NCBI GenBank assembly: GCA_963787905.1
Contig: CAWBFL010000107.1
Span: 931-64,930, forward strand
Direction: 5' to 3'
From: an uncultured Acidobacteriaceae bacterium
GTDB lineage: Bacteria; Acidobacteriota; Terriglobia; Terriglobales; Acidobacteriaceae
DNA: 64,000 nucleotides
In this document: positions 29,582-40,442 of the stretch, in pieces
How the letters are laid out: each line of letters starts with the position of its first letter
Numbering within the stretch: the first letter of the stretch is position 1
The notes under the pieces: generated by a model
Told to the model about the DNA's origin: nothing
Databases searched by the model: none
What the model saw: only the letters and a program-made list of their open reading frames with translations
Translations under genes and position numbers: made by a program

Positions 29582-30391
29582 ATGAAATCCCGCCTCCGTT
29601 TTGCGTTGCTCATTCCTCTGGCCACGCTCCTCGGCTGCACACTGCCCTCCACCCCCTCCACCACGGGCACGGCACCAACCGGCAACTGGGACAACTGGCA
29701 GATTCAGACCGGCACTTCCACCACAACCCCACCGACCGCGCTCACATCCCCGCCCACAGGCTTCTATCTCGTAGGCGCAATACAGACTCAGGGCTCCCAG
29801 GTCACCGCCATCTTCCAGGACGGCGGTTCCGGCCCCGTGAACTTCACCGGCTCCTTCGACGCCACCACATCGATCCTCGCCTTGGGCTCCATACCACCCT
29901 ATCTGGCCGCCCAGCTTACGCTCCCATCCAATCCCAACACCCTGGCGACGGGCAATGTTTCTGTCGGGTGCGCACCGCCACCTCCGGGTGGCGCCACCTG
30001 CACCGCGATCGCATTGCTTCCTGCCGCCGGCGCGGAGATCGCCTCCGTCACCGGCACCTTCACCGGAACTCTCACTGCCTCCACCGAGGGCGACGGCGGT
30101 CAGGCCACCCTCACCGTCACCCAGTCCACCACCCCGAACGCCGATGGCTCATTCTCCCTTGGCGGGACGTTTACCTTTCCGGCCGGCAGCGGCTTCGGCA
30201 CCCAGCCCGTCAGCGGCATCATCAGCGGGGAGGGCATTACCATCTACGATCCCACCCCCGGCATCGTCCCCGTCGTCTCGCTCACAGCCACGACCAATCC
30301 GACTGGCACCCAGATCAGCGTCAGCAATCTGGCCTTTGCCCTAACCGCATCTGACATCGTTACCTTCACCGGCACGCTCACTCGGCAATAG
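29582..30391 (+). CDS. Thr/Gly-rich hypothetical lipoprotein (paralog 1)
   Basis: Lipobox LLGC; beta-rich; ATLTVTQSTTPNADGSF shared with next gene. Confidence 0.8.
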   Translation: MKSRLRFALLIPLATLLGCTLPSTPSTTGTAPTGNWDNWQIQTGTSTTTPPTALTSPPTGFYLVGAIQTQGSQVTAIFQDGGSGPVNFTGSFDATTSILALGSIPPYLAAQLTLPSNPNTLATGNVSVGCAPPPPGGATCTAIALLPAAGAEIASVTGTFTGTLTASTEGDGGQATLTVTQSTTPNADGSFSLGGTFTFPAGSGFGTQPVSGIISGEGITIYDPTPGIVPVVSLTATTNPTGTQISVSNLAFALTASDIVTFTGTLTRQ

Positions 30392-30459
30392 CTCTACTCT
30401 CCGACGCGCAGGAATAATCCCGTTGCTCGTCCATGTCGGCACAGCGTACCATCGGGGTC

Positions 30460-31239
30460 ATGCTTGCCCGGCTCCGTTTCCTCCTTCTGCTCCCCATCGC
30501 ATCCCTGATTGCCTGTGGCGCCTCCTCCACCCCGGCCACGTCTGCTTCGGTCAACGCTCTGGCCGGCGATTACGTCATTACCGCCGGTGTGGGAACGGGC
30601 AGCGCCGCAAATTTCACCGGAGCGCTCACCGTATCCGGGTCCAGCGCTTCGGGAGTCTTCCGCTACGCGCCGATCAACAACTGCGTCTCCAACTCGCAAG
30701 ACATCGCGTTCACCGGATCCTCCAGCAACAGCGTGCTCACCCTGACCTCGGCAGCTTTTTCGGGCAGCGTAGCCACCTTGACCATTCAACTGCCATTCAG
30801 CCAAAACAACATCGGCGCCAACCTCGCCAACGGAACTTCGGTCATCACTGGAGGCACCTGTGCGCTGGCTTCCTCTGCCCTGCAGGCCCAGCTCGTCTCC
30901 AGCTATAGCGACACCTGGCTGGCTACCCTGACCAGCCCAAGCGCCGCGACCGCAACTCTGGTTGTGACGGAATCGAGCACCCCGGATCAGGATGGCCAGT
31001 TTCCCGCCAACGGGATCCTAACCGTCAACGCTTCCGGCTGTGGCGCGGCCACGCCCGACAACACCTTTACCGGACTGGTCAGTGGCACCGGTCTGCAACT
31101 CAAGAGCGGGCAGACCAACGTCACCATCTCCGCAAACAATGCCGGCTCCCCCGTATCCATCGCAATCAGCGGGGACATCAACGGCTCTACGCTGGGTAGT
31201 TGCGCGACCACCTACACCGGCACCATGGTCGTGCAATAG
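30460..31239 (+). CDS. Ser/Thr-rich hypothetical lipoprotein (paralog 2)
   Basis: RLRFLLLLPIASLIAC lipobox; ATLVVTESSTPDQDGQF. Confidence 0.8.
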   Translation: MLARLRFLLLLPIASLIACGASSTPATSASVNALAGDYVITAGVGTGSAANFTGALTVSGSSASGVFRYAPINNCVSNSQDIAFTGSSSNSVLTLTSAAFSGSVATLTIQLPFSQNNIGANLANGTSVITGGTCALASSALQAQLVSSYSDTWLATLTSPSAATATLVVTESSTPDQDGQFPANGILTVNASGCGAATPDNTFTGLVSGTGLQLKSGQTNVTISANNAGSPVSIAISGDINGSTLGSCATTYTGTMVVQ

Positions 31240-31269
31240 AGCCTGGACCAGCATGCGCAGCGCCCGCCC

Positions 31270-32553
31270 CTATGCCGCTGTGGACAATCCGCCGGCTGCC
31301 GGATTCTTCTTCTTCCGCGTCAGGAAATATGCCAGCAGGATCAGTGCCGCCAGCGCTCCGGCGACGGCTTCGGCGCCCGACAACCCGCGCGCGCCCCACC
31401 GGTCCGCGCCCCACCCGTCCATGGCCACCATGTACACCACCGGAACATTCCCCAGCGAGTTGATGATCGAGTAGCGGCCGCTTCCGCTCTTTCCCGAGTC
31501 GCCCATAAACTCCAGCACCACCGCGGTGAACATCGCGTAGCAGGTCCCGATGGTGAACAGGTAGAGCATCAGTCCCAGGTAGTAGGTTGACGGGCGGAGC
31601 GGCCCCAGCCACAGCACGCCCAGCGTTCCGGCGTTGACCAAGGCGAGCGTAAGATACGCCACCGAAGCCTGGAACCGCGCCGCAATCAACGTGGCTGCCA
31701 ATGACCCGGCAGCCATCAGCAGCGCGCCGCCCAGGCCGTTCACCCAGGCCACGTGCTCGCCATTCACGCCGTAGTCCCGCGCCACCCCCGGAAGCAGGCC
31801 GACGGCGGCCCCGCTGGCCAGCGGAAATATCATCAACAGCGTGTATGGAATGGCCTCCCAACGCAGAAAGGTCGCCTTGAACTCGGTCCAGATCCTCCGC
31901 ATGGTCTCCCCGAAGCCGTGATCAAGGATTACGTCCTGCTTCGGAGCAACCAAAGCAAACAAACCCGGAAGCGCAATCAAAGCCGCCGCCAGCAGGCCAA
32001 GCGTGGTCTGATTGGTGGCGTCCGCCCGCGACACCAGCACAAACACCGCGGCTGCGCCAAAACCCAGTCCCCCTCCCTGGTAGAAGCTGCACGCCACGCG
32101 CTTGGACCGCTCCACCCGCATCGCGCCCATCATTCCCCCGCAGCTCGACACCACCAACTGCGTGCAACACGCCGCCAGAAACATCAACACCATGGCCCCG
32201 TGCGAGTCCAGCCTGCCCAGATGGAACGCCGTCGCCATCAGCGCGCCGCCAGCCAGCGATCCGCACAGCAGCCAGGTCCTGCGTCGCATCAGGAAATCGG
32301 TGATCGGGCTCCACAGGAAGTAAATCATCGTGGGCAGCGACAAAAGCCAGATGATCTGCGACTGCCTGCCTGTGCCAATTCCCTGATTGCGCAACAGATA
32401 CGACAGCACGCCGCCCTGCACCACCCCATTGGCCAGCACCGCCGACGGCGCGATCAGCAGCGCGAAGACCCACGGCCGCTCCTTCGGAGCCTCGCCGCCC
32501 TCAGGCATCGGCTCCAGCAGAACCTCAGCACCCACCGCTTCGATCTCATTCAT
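31270..32553 (-). CDS. MFS transporter (AmpG-like)
   Basis: About 12 hydrophobic segments; FLWSPITD...RRRTW loop; YSIINSLGN. Confidence 0.82.
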   Translation of the reverse strand: MNEIEAVGAEVLLEPMPEGGEAPKERPWVFALLIAPSAVLANGVVQGGVLSYLLRNQGIGTGRQSQIIWLLSLPTMIYFLWSPITDFLMRRRTWLLCGSLAGGALMATAFHLGRLDSHGAMVLMFLAACCTQLVVSSCGGMMGAMRVERSKRVACSFYQGGGLGFGAAAVFVLVSRADATNQTTLGLLAAALIALPGLFALVAPKQDVILDHGFGETMRRIWTEFKATFLRWEAIPYTLLMIFPLASGAAVGLLPGVARDYGVNGEHVAWVNGLGGALLMAAGSLAATLIAARFQASVAYLTLALVNAGTLGVLWLGPLRPSTYYLGLMLYLFTIGTCYAMFTAVVLEFMGDSGKSGSGRYSIINSLGNVPVVYMVAMDGWGADRWGARGLSGAEAVAGALAALILLAYFLTRKKKNPAAGGLSTAA

Positions 32554-32754
32554 CCCCAGAATCTACCATGCCGGATTCCCCGTCGGAGCCGCCCTGCCTT
32601 GGTATTCTCCTCATAAAATAGAGCTTCCGGCCCCACAGCGCGTATCCCCGTGTTCCTATCTCGCGTTTGGTTTGCATCCTGGGCCCCCTGGCGCACCTCT
32701 ATATCTTTACAATCCCGGTTTAGCACCCTGAGCCAAGGAGCCTCCCCCAGCCGC

Positions 32755-34341
32755 ATGGCCGACACTGCCATAGCCTCATCCCAAGAGTCTGCCGACGTCA
32801 CCCAGGGCGTCAATCCCTGGCTGATCGCCGCTGCGGTCATGCTCGCCACCTTCATGGAGGTGCTGGACACCGCCATCGCCTCGGTCGCGCTTCCCTATAT
32901 CGCCGGATCGCTCTCGGCCTCCACCGACGAGGCCACCTGGGTGCTCACCAGCTACCTGGTCGCCAACGCCGTCATCCTGCCCGCCAGCAACTGGTTTTCA
33001 CTGCGGTTCGGGCGCAAGCGCTTCCTGATGTCCTGTATCGCCATCTTCACCGTTGCCAGCTTTGCCTGCGGAGCCGCGCCCACGCTCGCCTTCATCCTGA
33101 TCGCCCGCATCGTCCAGGGCGCCGGCGGCGGCGCGCTCCAGCCGCTTTCGCAGGCCATCCTGCTGGAGTCCTTCCCCCCGGTCAAACGCGGCGCGGCGAT
33201 GGCCGTATTCGCCTTCGGAGTGGTGGTCGCGCCGGTGCTCGGCCCCACCCTCGGGGGCTGGCTCACCGACACCTACTCCTGGCGCTATGCCTTCTACATC
33301 AACATCCCCATTGGCATCCTCGCCCTGTTCATGATCAACCGCTACGTCCACGATCCGCCCTACATCAAGAATGCCAAGGTCCCCGCCTTCGACAATCTTG
33401 GCTTCGGCACCCTGATCGTCTGGACCGGCCTGCTGCAGGTCGTGCTCGACAAAGGCCAGGAAGACGACTGGTTTGGAGCTCTCTGGATCCGCTGGGCCGT
33501 CTTCTTCCTGATTACCAGCCTCGCTATCTTCATCTGGCATTCGTGGCGCAGGAACCGGCCTATGGTCAACCTGAAGCTGCTGAAGAACCGGAACTTCGGC
33601 GTCGGTTGCGTGCTCATCTTCCTGTTCGGCATCGCCATCTACTCCACCATCGTGGTGCTGCCGCTCTTCTACCAGGAGCTGCTCGGCTACACCGCCTTCG
33701 CCGCGGGGATCGTGGTCGCGCCGCGCGGTATCGGGGCCATCTGCGGCATGCCGATCATTGGCTATCTTTCCAACAAGGTCTATCCCCGCTACCTGCTTAG
33801 CTTTGGCTTCATTGTCTTCGGCTGCACCACTCTTTACTTCGGCAGCATCGATCTCGATGTCTCCCCCACCACTCTGCTGTGGCCCATCCTGATCACCGGG
33901 TTCGGCCTCTCCTTCGTCTTCGTCCCCATCAATACCGCGGCCTACGGAACCCTGCGCAACGAACAGATCGGCGATGCCTCCGGGCTCTTCAACCTGATGC
34001 GCAACGTCGGCGGATCGGTCGGCATCTCGCTCGCGCAGACGCTGCTCACCCGGCGCACGGACGTTCACCAAAACGAAATACTCAACTCCGTTCCCCAGAC
34101 CGGCCAGCAATTCCAGAACTCCCTTGCCGGCGCGCAGCAGGCGCTGACCAACTCCTTCGGGCCCGGCAACGCACTTCACCCGGCCCAGGGAGTTCTTTAC
34201 CAGGAGCTGGGCCGGCAGGCTACCCTGTGGGCCTTTGTCGACGTCTTCCGCTGGCTGTCCATCCTGAGCTTCTCCTGCCTCGGCGTCGCCTGGCTGTTCC
34301 AAAAGGTGAAGCCCGGCAGAGCGCCGGCTGGCGCCCACTAG
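32755..34341 (+). CDS. DHA2-family (EmrB/QacA) MFS efflux permease
   Basis: FMEVLDTAIASVALP, WVLTSYL, RIVQGAGGG, APVLGPTLGGWLTD, SGLFNLMRNVGGS. Confidence 0.95.
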   Translation: MADTAIASSQESADVTQGVNPWLIAAAVMLATFMEVLDTAIASVALPYIAGSLSASTDEATWVLTSYLVANAVILPASNWFSLRFGRKRFLMSCIAIFTVASFACGAAPTLAFILIARIVQGAGGGALQPLSQAILLESFPPVKRGAAMAVFAFGVVVAPVLGPTLGGWLTDTYSWRYAFYINIPIGILALFMINRYVHDPPYIKNAKVPAFDNLGFGTLIVWTGLLQVVLDKGQEDDWFGALWIRWAVFFLITSLAIFIWHSWRRNRPMVNLKLLKNRNFGVGCVLIFLFGIAIYSTIVVLPLFYQELLGYTAFAAGIVVAPRGIGAICGMPIIGYLSNKVYPRYLLSFGFIVFGCTTLYFGSIDLDVSPTTLLWPILITGFGLSFVFVPINTAAYGTLRNEQIGDASGLFNLMRNVGGSVGISLAQTLLTRRTDVHQNEILNSVPQTGQQFQNSLAGAQQALTNSFGPGNALHPAQGVLYQELGRQATLWAFVDVFRWLSILSFSCLGVAWLFQKVKPGRAPAGAH

Positions 34342-34460
34342 AGTTGGGAAAAATATCGAGAATATCCTGCGCCCCGCGCCCCAACCCCAATCCGCTCGGG
34401 TAAGATTCCTTCAATTGCGGATCAGGAACGAATACACAGTCCACCCGAGGAGCAGCCGAC

Positions 34461-34823
34461 ATGTCCAACCCCTTCGTTCACCTCGAACTCTCGACCCCCG
34501 ACGCCGCCAAGGCCAAAGAGTTCTACACCGGCCTTTTCGGCTGGGAATTCACGGATAATGACATGGGCCCCAGCGGGGTCTACAGCACCTTCCATCCTTC
34601 CTCCGGCCCCGGAGGCGGCTTGTACTCCATGCCCGGAATGCCCACCTTCTGGCTTGCGTACGTCGGCGTTAAGGACATCAACGCCTCTACCGACAAAGCC
34701 AAAGCCCTCGGAGCAACCATCCACAAAGGTCCCATGGAAATCCCCAACATCGGCTGGATGACCATCCTTGCCGATCCTACCGGCGCGACCATCGCGCTCT
34801 TCCAACCCGCTCAGCCCATGTGA
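34461..34823 (+). CDS. VOC family protein (glyoxalase-like)
   Basis: PFVHLELSTPDAAKAKEFYTGLFGW...WLAYVGV...ADPTGA. Confidence 0.9.
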   Translation: MSNPFVHLELSTPDAAKAKEFYTGLFGWEFTDNDMGPSGVYSTFHPSSGPGGGLYSMPGMPTFWLAYVGVKDINASTDKAKALGATIHKGPMEIPNIGWMTILADPTGATIALFQPAQPM

Positions 34824-34894
34824 GCTGCGAAGGCGACCAGGCAGGCGACGCTGAGGAGTCTCGGCGTCGCCCGTCAGGTCTACAATTACAGCCC

Positions 34895-35497
34895 ATGAAA
34901 GCCAAATTGATCTTCCTCGCTGCCGTCTTCACCGCTGGCTTCTCAGCGATGGCGCGGGCCGGCATCCGTACCTCCGTCCCGGCGTTTGCCGCGTTTGACC
35001 CCGCTCCGCCAACGCTGCCCAGCGCCGACCAGGTGATGGCGCAGGCAAAGACCAGGGCCGCCGCCGAGCACAAAAACATCCTGCTCGTCTTCAGTGCCTC
35101 CTGGTGCGGACCCTGCCGCATGTTTGAAGCCTTTCTTAAAGATCCCAAGACCGGCCCGATCATGGACAAGTACTTCGTCGATGCCCGCCTGGACGTGGGC
35201 GAACATCCCAACGATCCCCACCACTCCAATAGCCCCGGCGCCGAGGCGCTCAGGGCTTCACTCAAGGGTGCAGACGCGGGCTATCCCTTTCTCGTCATGC
35301 TCGACGCCGAGGGACATCCTATCGTCAACTCTTTCTGCCCCTCCGGCTGCACTCCGCCCGGCGAAAACATCGGCTACCCCGCAACGCCGGGCGAGATTGC
35401 CTGGTTTATGAAGATGCTGCACCAGGCCGCACCCGCGATCTCCGCCCCCGAAGCGAAGACGGTGGAGGCCTGGCTCGATCAACACGCGCATGCGTGA
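34895..35497 (+). CDS. Secreted thioredoxin-family protein
   Basis: Signal peptide; FSASWCGPCR; GYPFLVMLD. Confidence 0.88.
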   Translation: MKAKLIFLAAVFTAGFSAMARAGIRTSVPAFAAFDPAPPTLPSADQVMAQAKTRAAAEHKNILLVFSASWCGPCRMFEAFLKDPKTGPIMDKYFVDARLDVGEHPNDPHHSNSPGAEALRASLKGADAGYPFLVMLDAEGHPIVNSFCPSGCTPPGENIGYPATPGEIAWFMKMLHQAAPAISAPEAKTVEAWLDQHAHA

Positions 35498-35509
35498 CCG
35501 CTTGCTGCG

Positions 35510-37351
35510 CTACCTCTTCTGGCGCGGCACAAACTGCTCCATCACCGCTTTGCGCATCAGATCTGGCGGCAACAGCCCCTGCGCCAGCAGAAAGTCGTGA
35601 AACTTCTTCTGGTCGAACTTCGGACCCAGCGCAGCCTCTGTGTCCTTGCGCAGCTCCAGCAACTTGGTGTAGCCGTAAAAATAGCTGTTCGCCTGACCCG
35701 GCGAGCGGAACGTAAACCGTTCTACCTCTTCCGTCGCAAACGCGTGGCTTAGGCCCACATCCCCCTCCAGCACCTTGTACGCCTCATCCTGGGTCACCTT
35801 ACCCGACTGCAGCTCGGAATCGAGAAACGCGCGCGCATCCCGCAGCAGCCGCAGTTGCAGCGTGATCAGTCTCCCCTCCGCCGGCTCGTAGGGCTCCATC
35901 ACCCATTCCGCATACAATCCCCAGCCTTCCACGTTGGTCGAGTTGAACGCATACATCGCCCGCGCCAGGCTCACTCCGTGCTCCAACATCGAGTCGAATT
36001 GCAGCTCGTGCCCCGGCCGCGCCTCGTGTGCCGTCAACGGCCATGCCGCCGCGTCGAAGGTGAAATCGTCATAGGCGTCCGCCGTCCCGCCCGTCGCCGA
36101 TGGAACATTCAAGGGCAGCACAAACTCGCCCCTTTGCCCGGTGTTGTGCAGCATTGGCGGCGCAACCATATGCGGCGCGGGCTGCTGCGCCGTCTCCGCC
36201 GCCGTTGCCAGCCGAATGATCGCCGGCCGGTTCGGCAGCGTCACCAGATGCTGCGCCACAATAATGTCTTCGATCGCCTTCAGGCGCGACTGGTAGAGCG
36301 GCAGAATCGCGTCGCCGGTCACCTGCGTCTTCTTCAACTCGCGAACCACATCGCGATAGTCAGTCAGCTTCCACCCGTGTTCCTTCGCCACCTCGGCCGC
36401 CACCGTCTGCATCTCTGCCTGGCAATCGGTGAACGCTTGGTGCGCCATCTCCGCCAGTTGCGCCGGAGGAATATCGACACCGAAGCTCTCCAGACTCAGC
36501 GCATACTCCTCCGGAGCCAGCTTGAAGTCGGCCCGTCCCTTGGGCATCACGGTCGCGCGAATCCAGGTATCGTAATCCGCCAGTTCGTCTCGCAGTTTCG
36601 CGAAGGGTTCTTCCCACCCGGTCAGTTTGTACTTGACGAACAACTGGCGCAGGCCGTCGACGTAGTTCTTGTCGCGTCCCAGTTCCGTTTCCATCTCGCC
36701 CACCGACGGATACACCACCCCCGGCTTCGCCATCTGCTCCAGCACGCGTTGCTTCAGCAGCTCGGTGAACGGCTTGAACCCCGGCTCGACGCCTGCGTAC
36801 TTGCGCAACCGGGCCACCGCAGCCGGCCTCCGTTCCGCTGCAACCTGGTCGTCCAGCAGAATCCGCAGCCCGGCGAACACTGCCGCGCTGGCATCTACGA
36901 ACGGGACCTTATGGTCGAGCTGGTAATCGTCCTGGCGAAATTGCAGATTGAACGTGCGCTGCACAATCTCCAGGTCCTCCCGCACGTCCCGGTCTTTTTC
37001 CTTGGCTTCCACCTTCTTCAGCTTCGCCAGGACCGCCTGCAGCTCCGCGCGCTGCTCCATCTCATCCGCCCGCGTCGGGTTCGTGATCAGCGTGTCGTAC
37101 TTCGCCAGCCCCTGTTGCGAGCCGCCCTCCGGCGAATGCTTGAACTGCACGTCCAGCAGCATCTGCGTGTATTGATTGCTGCGCAACACCCACGCCGGCT
37201 CAACCGGAGCAGTCTCCTTGGCTGCAACTGGCGCAGCCGCCTTGGTTGCAGCGGAAGCTGGCGTGGCGGCAGGACCTTGCGCCCCGGCGGCAGAACTCGC
37301 GGCCAGCAGGCCAGCGGCAAAGCTCATCATCCAAACAGCGGTACGGCGCAT
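35510..37351 (-). CDS. DUF885 family secreted protein (HExxxxH metallopeptidase-like)
   Basis: Signal peptide; TAHEARPGHELQ, NVEGWGLYAE, PGQANSYFYG, FDQKKFHD. Confidence 0.9.
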   Translation of the reverse strand: MRRTAVWMMSFAAGLLAASSAAGAQGPAATPASAATKAAAPVAAKETAPVEPAWVLRSNQYTQMLLDVQFKHSPEGGSQQGLAKYDTLITNPTRADEMEQRAELQAVLAKLKKVEAKEKDRDVREDLEIVQRTFNLQFRQDDYQLDHKVPFVDASAAVFAGLRILLDDQVAAERRPAAVARLRKYAGVEPGFKPFTELLKQRVLEQMAKPGVVYPSVGEMETELGRDKNYVDGLRQLFVKYKLTGWEEPFAKLRDELADYDTWIRATVMPKGRADFKLAPEEYALSLESFGVDIPPAQLAEMAHQAFTDCQAEMQTVAAEVAKEHGWKLTDYRDVVRELKKTQVTGDAILPLYQSRLKAIEDIIVAQHLVTLPNRPAIIRLATAAETAQQPAPHMVAPPMLHNTGQRGEFVLPLNVPSATGGTADAYDDFTFDAAAWPLTAHEARPGHELQFDSMLEHGVSLARAMYAFNSTNVEGWGLYAEWVMEPYEPAEGRLITLQLRLLRDARAFLDSELQSGKVTQDEAYKVLEGDVGLSHAFATEEVERFTFRSPGQANSYFYGYTKLLELRKDTEAALGPKFDQKKFHDFLLAQGLLPPDLMRKAVMEQFVPRQKR

Positions 37352-37534
37352 CGGCAAATCTCCATGAATTTGAATACCACCAGCATACGGCCTGGCGCGC
37401 TGCGTCCGTAGCTCGCCGGATTTCCGGCCTGGCTCGAGCGCTCGCCTTCTCGTAATTGTCATTCCCCCACCGGCACTCGCCGCTCGTCGGCAGGGTGCGG
37501 AGCTCCGCGCCGGGAACGCTTCCCGAATCGCGCG

Positions 37535-38441
37535 TTACGGCCCAACCGGAGACGTTCCGCCGTTCGGGTTGGTGCCACCAGCCGCACCCGCACCGCCCAG
37601 CGCGCCGTTGGGATTCGTCCCGTTATTCGATCCGAAGGCGCCCGGCGTCTGTCCCAGCGCGCCCGCGCCAACCGAAGTTGCCCCTGCATTCAGGGCCGCG
37701 GCAGCCTTCAGTTTCTCGATCCGCGGATCATACAGAAACTCCCACGTTTGGTAGGTCGTCTGTTCGTTCACCACCAGGATGGAATCGCCCTTGGCGCTGC
37801 TGCCTACGCCCATAATGGGTCCCGTCGATCCGGGCGAGCCTGTCCCCGACGACGTTCCAAAGGAAGAAGTCGAAAACGGGCTGCCCGCCGTTGCCGACCC
37901 ACCCGCCGTCCCCGCCGCCCCGTTCGGGTGCCCCGGCCGCGCCGGCCGCGCCGTCGGCCGCACTTGTCCCCACGGTCCCGGCTCCGCCCAGAGCGATCGA
38001 GAGTCCGGACGACTGCATCCCCGCTGCCGATCCCAGTCCCGCGCTCGCAATTCCTCCCAGCGGCTGCCCGAAGAACCCCTTCACCTGGGTCTTGTTCTGT
38101 CCCACCGCGATCAACCGGTAGTCGGCCTTGCCGGTCAACGGGTCGACATATTGCTGCCGCAGAAAGCGAATGGTGTTCGTATTCTCCAGTTGCTTCACCG
38201 ACCCCGGATAGCGGCCGCCGTTCTTCAGGTAAAACAGCCGGATCGCGCGCACGTACTGGTTGGCCCGGCGGGCCGATTCCACCTCGCGCTCCCGGCGCAC
38301 CGTATGGGCCATCTCCGATGCAGCAACGCCCAGGAAGAGCATGATGATCGCGATCGCGACGATCAGCCCCAGCAGCATGAACCCCTGCTCGGCATCCCGC
38401 CGCCCGGCCTTGTCCGGCATCCGTTGTGATCCATTCGCCAT
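37535..38441 (-). CDS. Prepilin/pseudopilin-like protein (GspK/PilX-like), frameshift in GC-rich linker ~37920-37960
   Basis: Class III signal EQG|FMLLGLIVAIAII (no Glu+5); RFLRQQYVDPLTG; C-terminal IMGVGS...YQTWEFLYDP lies in another frame. Confidence 0.7.
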
Positions 38442-38494
38442 CACTTCACCAACCACTGCTCCCGCTTGAACTTGATGCCTCGCCCCGAACCCGA

Positions 38495-39124
38495 TCAATT
38501 CGTCAGCAGCGGCAGCGTCTGCTTGTTGTTGTTCTGCAGGTCTTCCACCTGGATCGACCGCGCTTCAATCGCAATCACGCGATAACGGCGCAGCACCACG
38601 TCGCCGGCCGATGCCAGGTACACATTGTCGTCGTGCAGCAGGAATGCCTGCCGCTTTCCACTGGCCGAGGTCTCAAAGCCGAAGAACTTCAGATCGATCG
38701 GCGGTGGCGGCGGCGGCCCTGGTGGCGGCGGCGGTGGCGTGTTCACGACCACATTGCGCGCCGGTGCAATCGGCGGCGGTATCTTCACCACCGGCGGCGC
38801 CGAGTTCGGCGAAAAAATATTCCGCCCGCTGCCCGCATACTCCACTGACTCGCTCACCAGCATCGCTTCCATATGCAGCGTCGGGTCCAGCGACGACGAG
38901 GTCGTCCCCAATGCCTTCGCGGGCTTCCCCGCAGCCGCTGCCGGAGCGGGTGCAGCCGCATTGTCCGCAGCGGTTGCCGATGCACTCACCGCAGCCGGCG
39001 ACGGCGCGGGCGTTGCAGGCGTCCCAGTGTAAAACACCTCGTAGTAGACGATTCCAGCTGCGATCACCGCAAACCCAGCCATGGCGGCGATCTTCTTCCG
39101 GTCCTCGGACGATTTCAGATTCAT
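38495..39124 (-). CDS. Membrane-anchored Pro-rich protein of the pilus assembly operon (PilP/GspC-like position)
   Basis: N-terminal TM, GRNIF, poly-Pro, LKFFG...AFL...GDVVLRRYRV; overlaps upstream gene. Confidence 0.7.
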   Translation of the reverse strand: MNLKSSEDRKKIAAMAGFAVIAAGIVYYEVFYTGTPATPAPSPAAVSASATAADNAAAPAPAAAAGKPAKALGTTSSSLDPTLHMEAMLVSESVEYAGSGRNIFSPNSAPPVVKIPPPIAPARNVVVNTPPPPPPGPPPPPPIDLKFFGFETSASGKRQAFLLHDDNVYLASAGDVVLRRYRVIAIEARSIQVEDLQNNNKQTLPLLTN

Positions 39125-39804
39125 CGCGGGCCTCCCTCAGGAGCAGTGGCCCCAAGCGATTTGTCCGCGCCGGTTCCGCCTGCGGCAGCAAGACTCTGCC
39201 CTGCGTTCCCCCGCAGATAGGTCACCAGCCCCAGCCGGAGGTTCACCGTCCCATTCTCCTGCCCGGTCAGCGTCACCGTCTTGATGACGAAAAACATCTT
39301 GTCCCGCTCCAGCGAATTGACGAACTGCATCAGGGGACGGTAATCCCCGCTCAGCCGCGCGTCGATCTTCAACTCGGTCAAGGCGCTCGCCGACCCCAGC
39401 AGCATCGGCTCCGGCACGTACTGCGCTCCGGTCAGCCGCACGCCGGCCCGCTTGGTCAGCCCGCCCAGCTCGGACAGCATCTCCGAGTCCGACGCCGGCA
39501 GGCGGTCGCGGTAAAACCGGTCCGCCTCAGAAGTTGCCTCCAGCACCTTCGCATCCAGCCCGCGCAGCGGTGTCGCCGCGATTACTGCTGCCTTCAAATC
39601 GATCCGCTGTTGCGCCATCGCCTCCGCGTTGTAGTTGCTCTCGTCATGCCACAACAGCGCCATCTGCGCCAGCAGATAGATATTCACCAGCGCCAGCAGT
39701 CCCACTCCCGCCCAATGCAGGTTCAGCGGCCCCAACCAGCTCCGCGCACGCACCGTTCCATTGCCGGTCGCCGCCTTGGACTTCAGTAGCGTCAGCGGAC
39801 TCAT
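39121..39804 (-). CDS. PilO/GspM-like protein
   Basis: TM + coiled coil + LSGDYRPLMQFVNSLERDKMFFVI. Confidence 0.75.
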   Translation of the reverse strand: MSPLTLLKSKAATGNGTVRARSWLGPLNLHWAGVGLLALVNIYLLAQMALLWHDESNYNAEAMAQQRIDLKAAVIAATPLRGLDAKVLEATSEADRFYRDRLPASDSEMLSELGGLTKRAGVRLTGAQYVPEPMLLGSASALTELKIDARLSGDYRPLMQFVNSLERDKMFFVIKTVTLTGQENGTVNLRLGLVTYLRGNAGQSLAAAGGTGADKSLGATAPEGGPR

Positions 39805-40442
39805 TGCATGCCCCCGTTGTCCGCGTCTTTTTTCGCCGGTCCCGCCGGCAGGGGGTTGTACCCGCTCACAATATCGAACTCCACCCCGCCCGGAACGCCC
39901 GCGCCCGAGGTCTGCACCAGCCGTCCCTGTTCCTCCGTCTGCGCCGTCTCATTCGACACCCGCGGCGAAAGAAAACGCTGGCTGCGCTCCAGGTTGCGCA
40001 CCAGCTCCACCTGCAGTTCCCGCGGCCCGCTGACCCGCAGATGAATACTCACGTCGCCGCTGACGGAAATCACCGGCTCGATGCTGGTTACCTGCACCCC
40101 CGCCGGCAGCACATTCTCCAGGTCCATCATCACCGCGGTCCAGCTGAAGCTCTTGCTCGCAAACAGCGCATTCAGGAACTTCGACCGGTCCAGCACTGCC
40201 TGGTTCTGCGGTTGCATCATTCGCGCCTCGTTGGCCTTCCGCTCGTTCTCCACCACGGAGGTCTGCACCTTCAGCACGCGCATCTGCGCCTCTTCGGCGC
40301 GTGCGCTCACGCTCATCCGGTGCAGCGCGAAGCCGAGCGCCATCGCTGTCAGCGCCAGAGCAAACATCGCCAGCCGCAGCCGCGCAAACAGCGGTCGCAG
40401 TTCCACAAATGGACGGGTTGCGAGATTGACTGAAATCCGCAT
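39801..40442 (-). CDS. PilN domain protein
   Basis: ISVNLATRPF, TM, FSWTAVMMDLENVLPAGVQVTSIEP, NLERSQRF. Confidence 0.82.
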   Translation of the reverse strand: MRISVNLATRPFVELRPLFARLRLAMFALALTAMALGFALHRMSVSARAEEAQMRVLKVQTSVVENERKANEARMMQPQNQAVLDRSKFLNALFASKSFSWTAVMMDLENVLPAGVQVTSIEPVISVSGDVSIHLRVSGPRELQVELVRNLERSQRFLSPRVSNETAQTEEQGRLVQTSGAGVPGGVEFDIVSGYNPLPAGPAKKDADNGGMQ

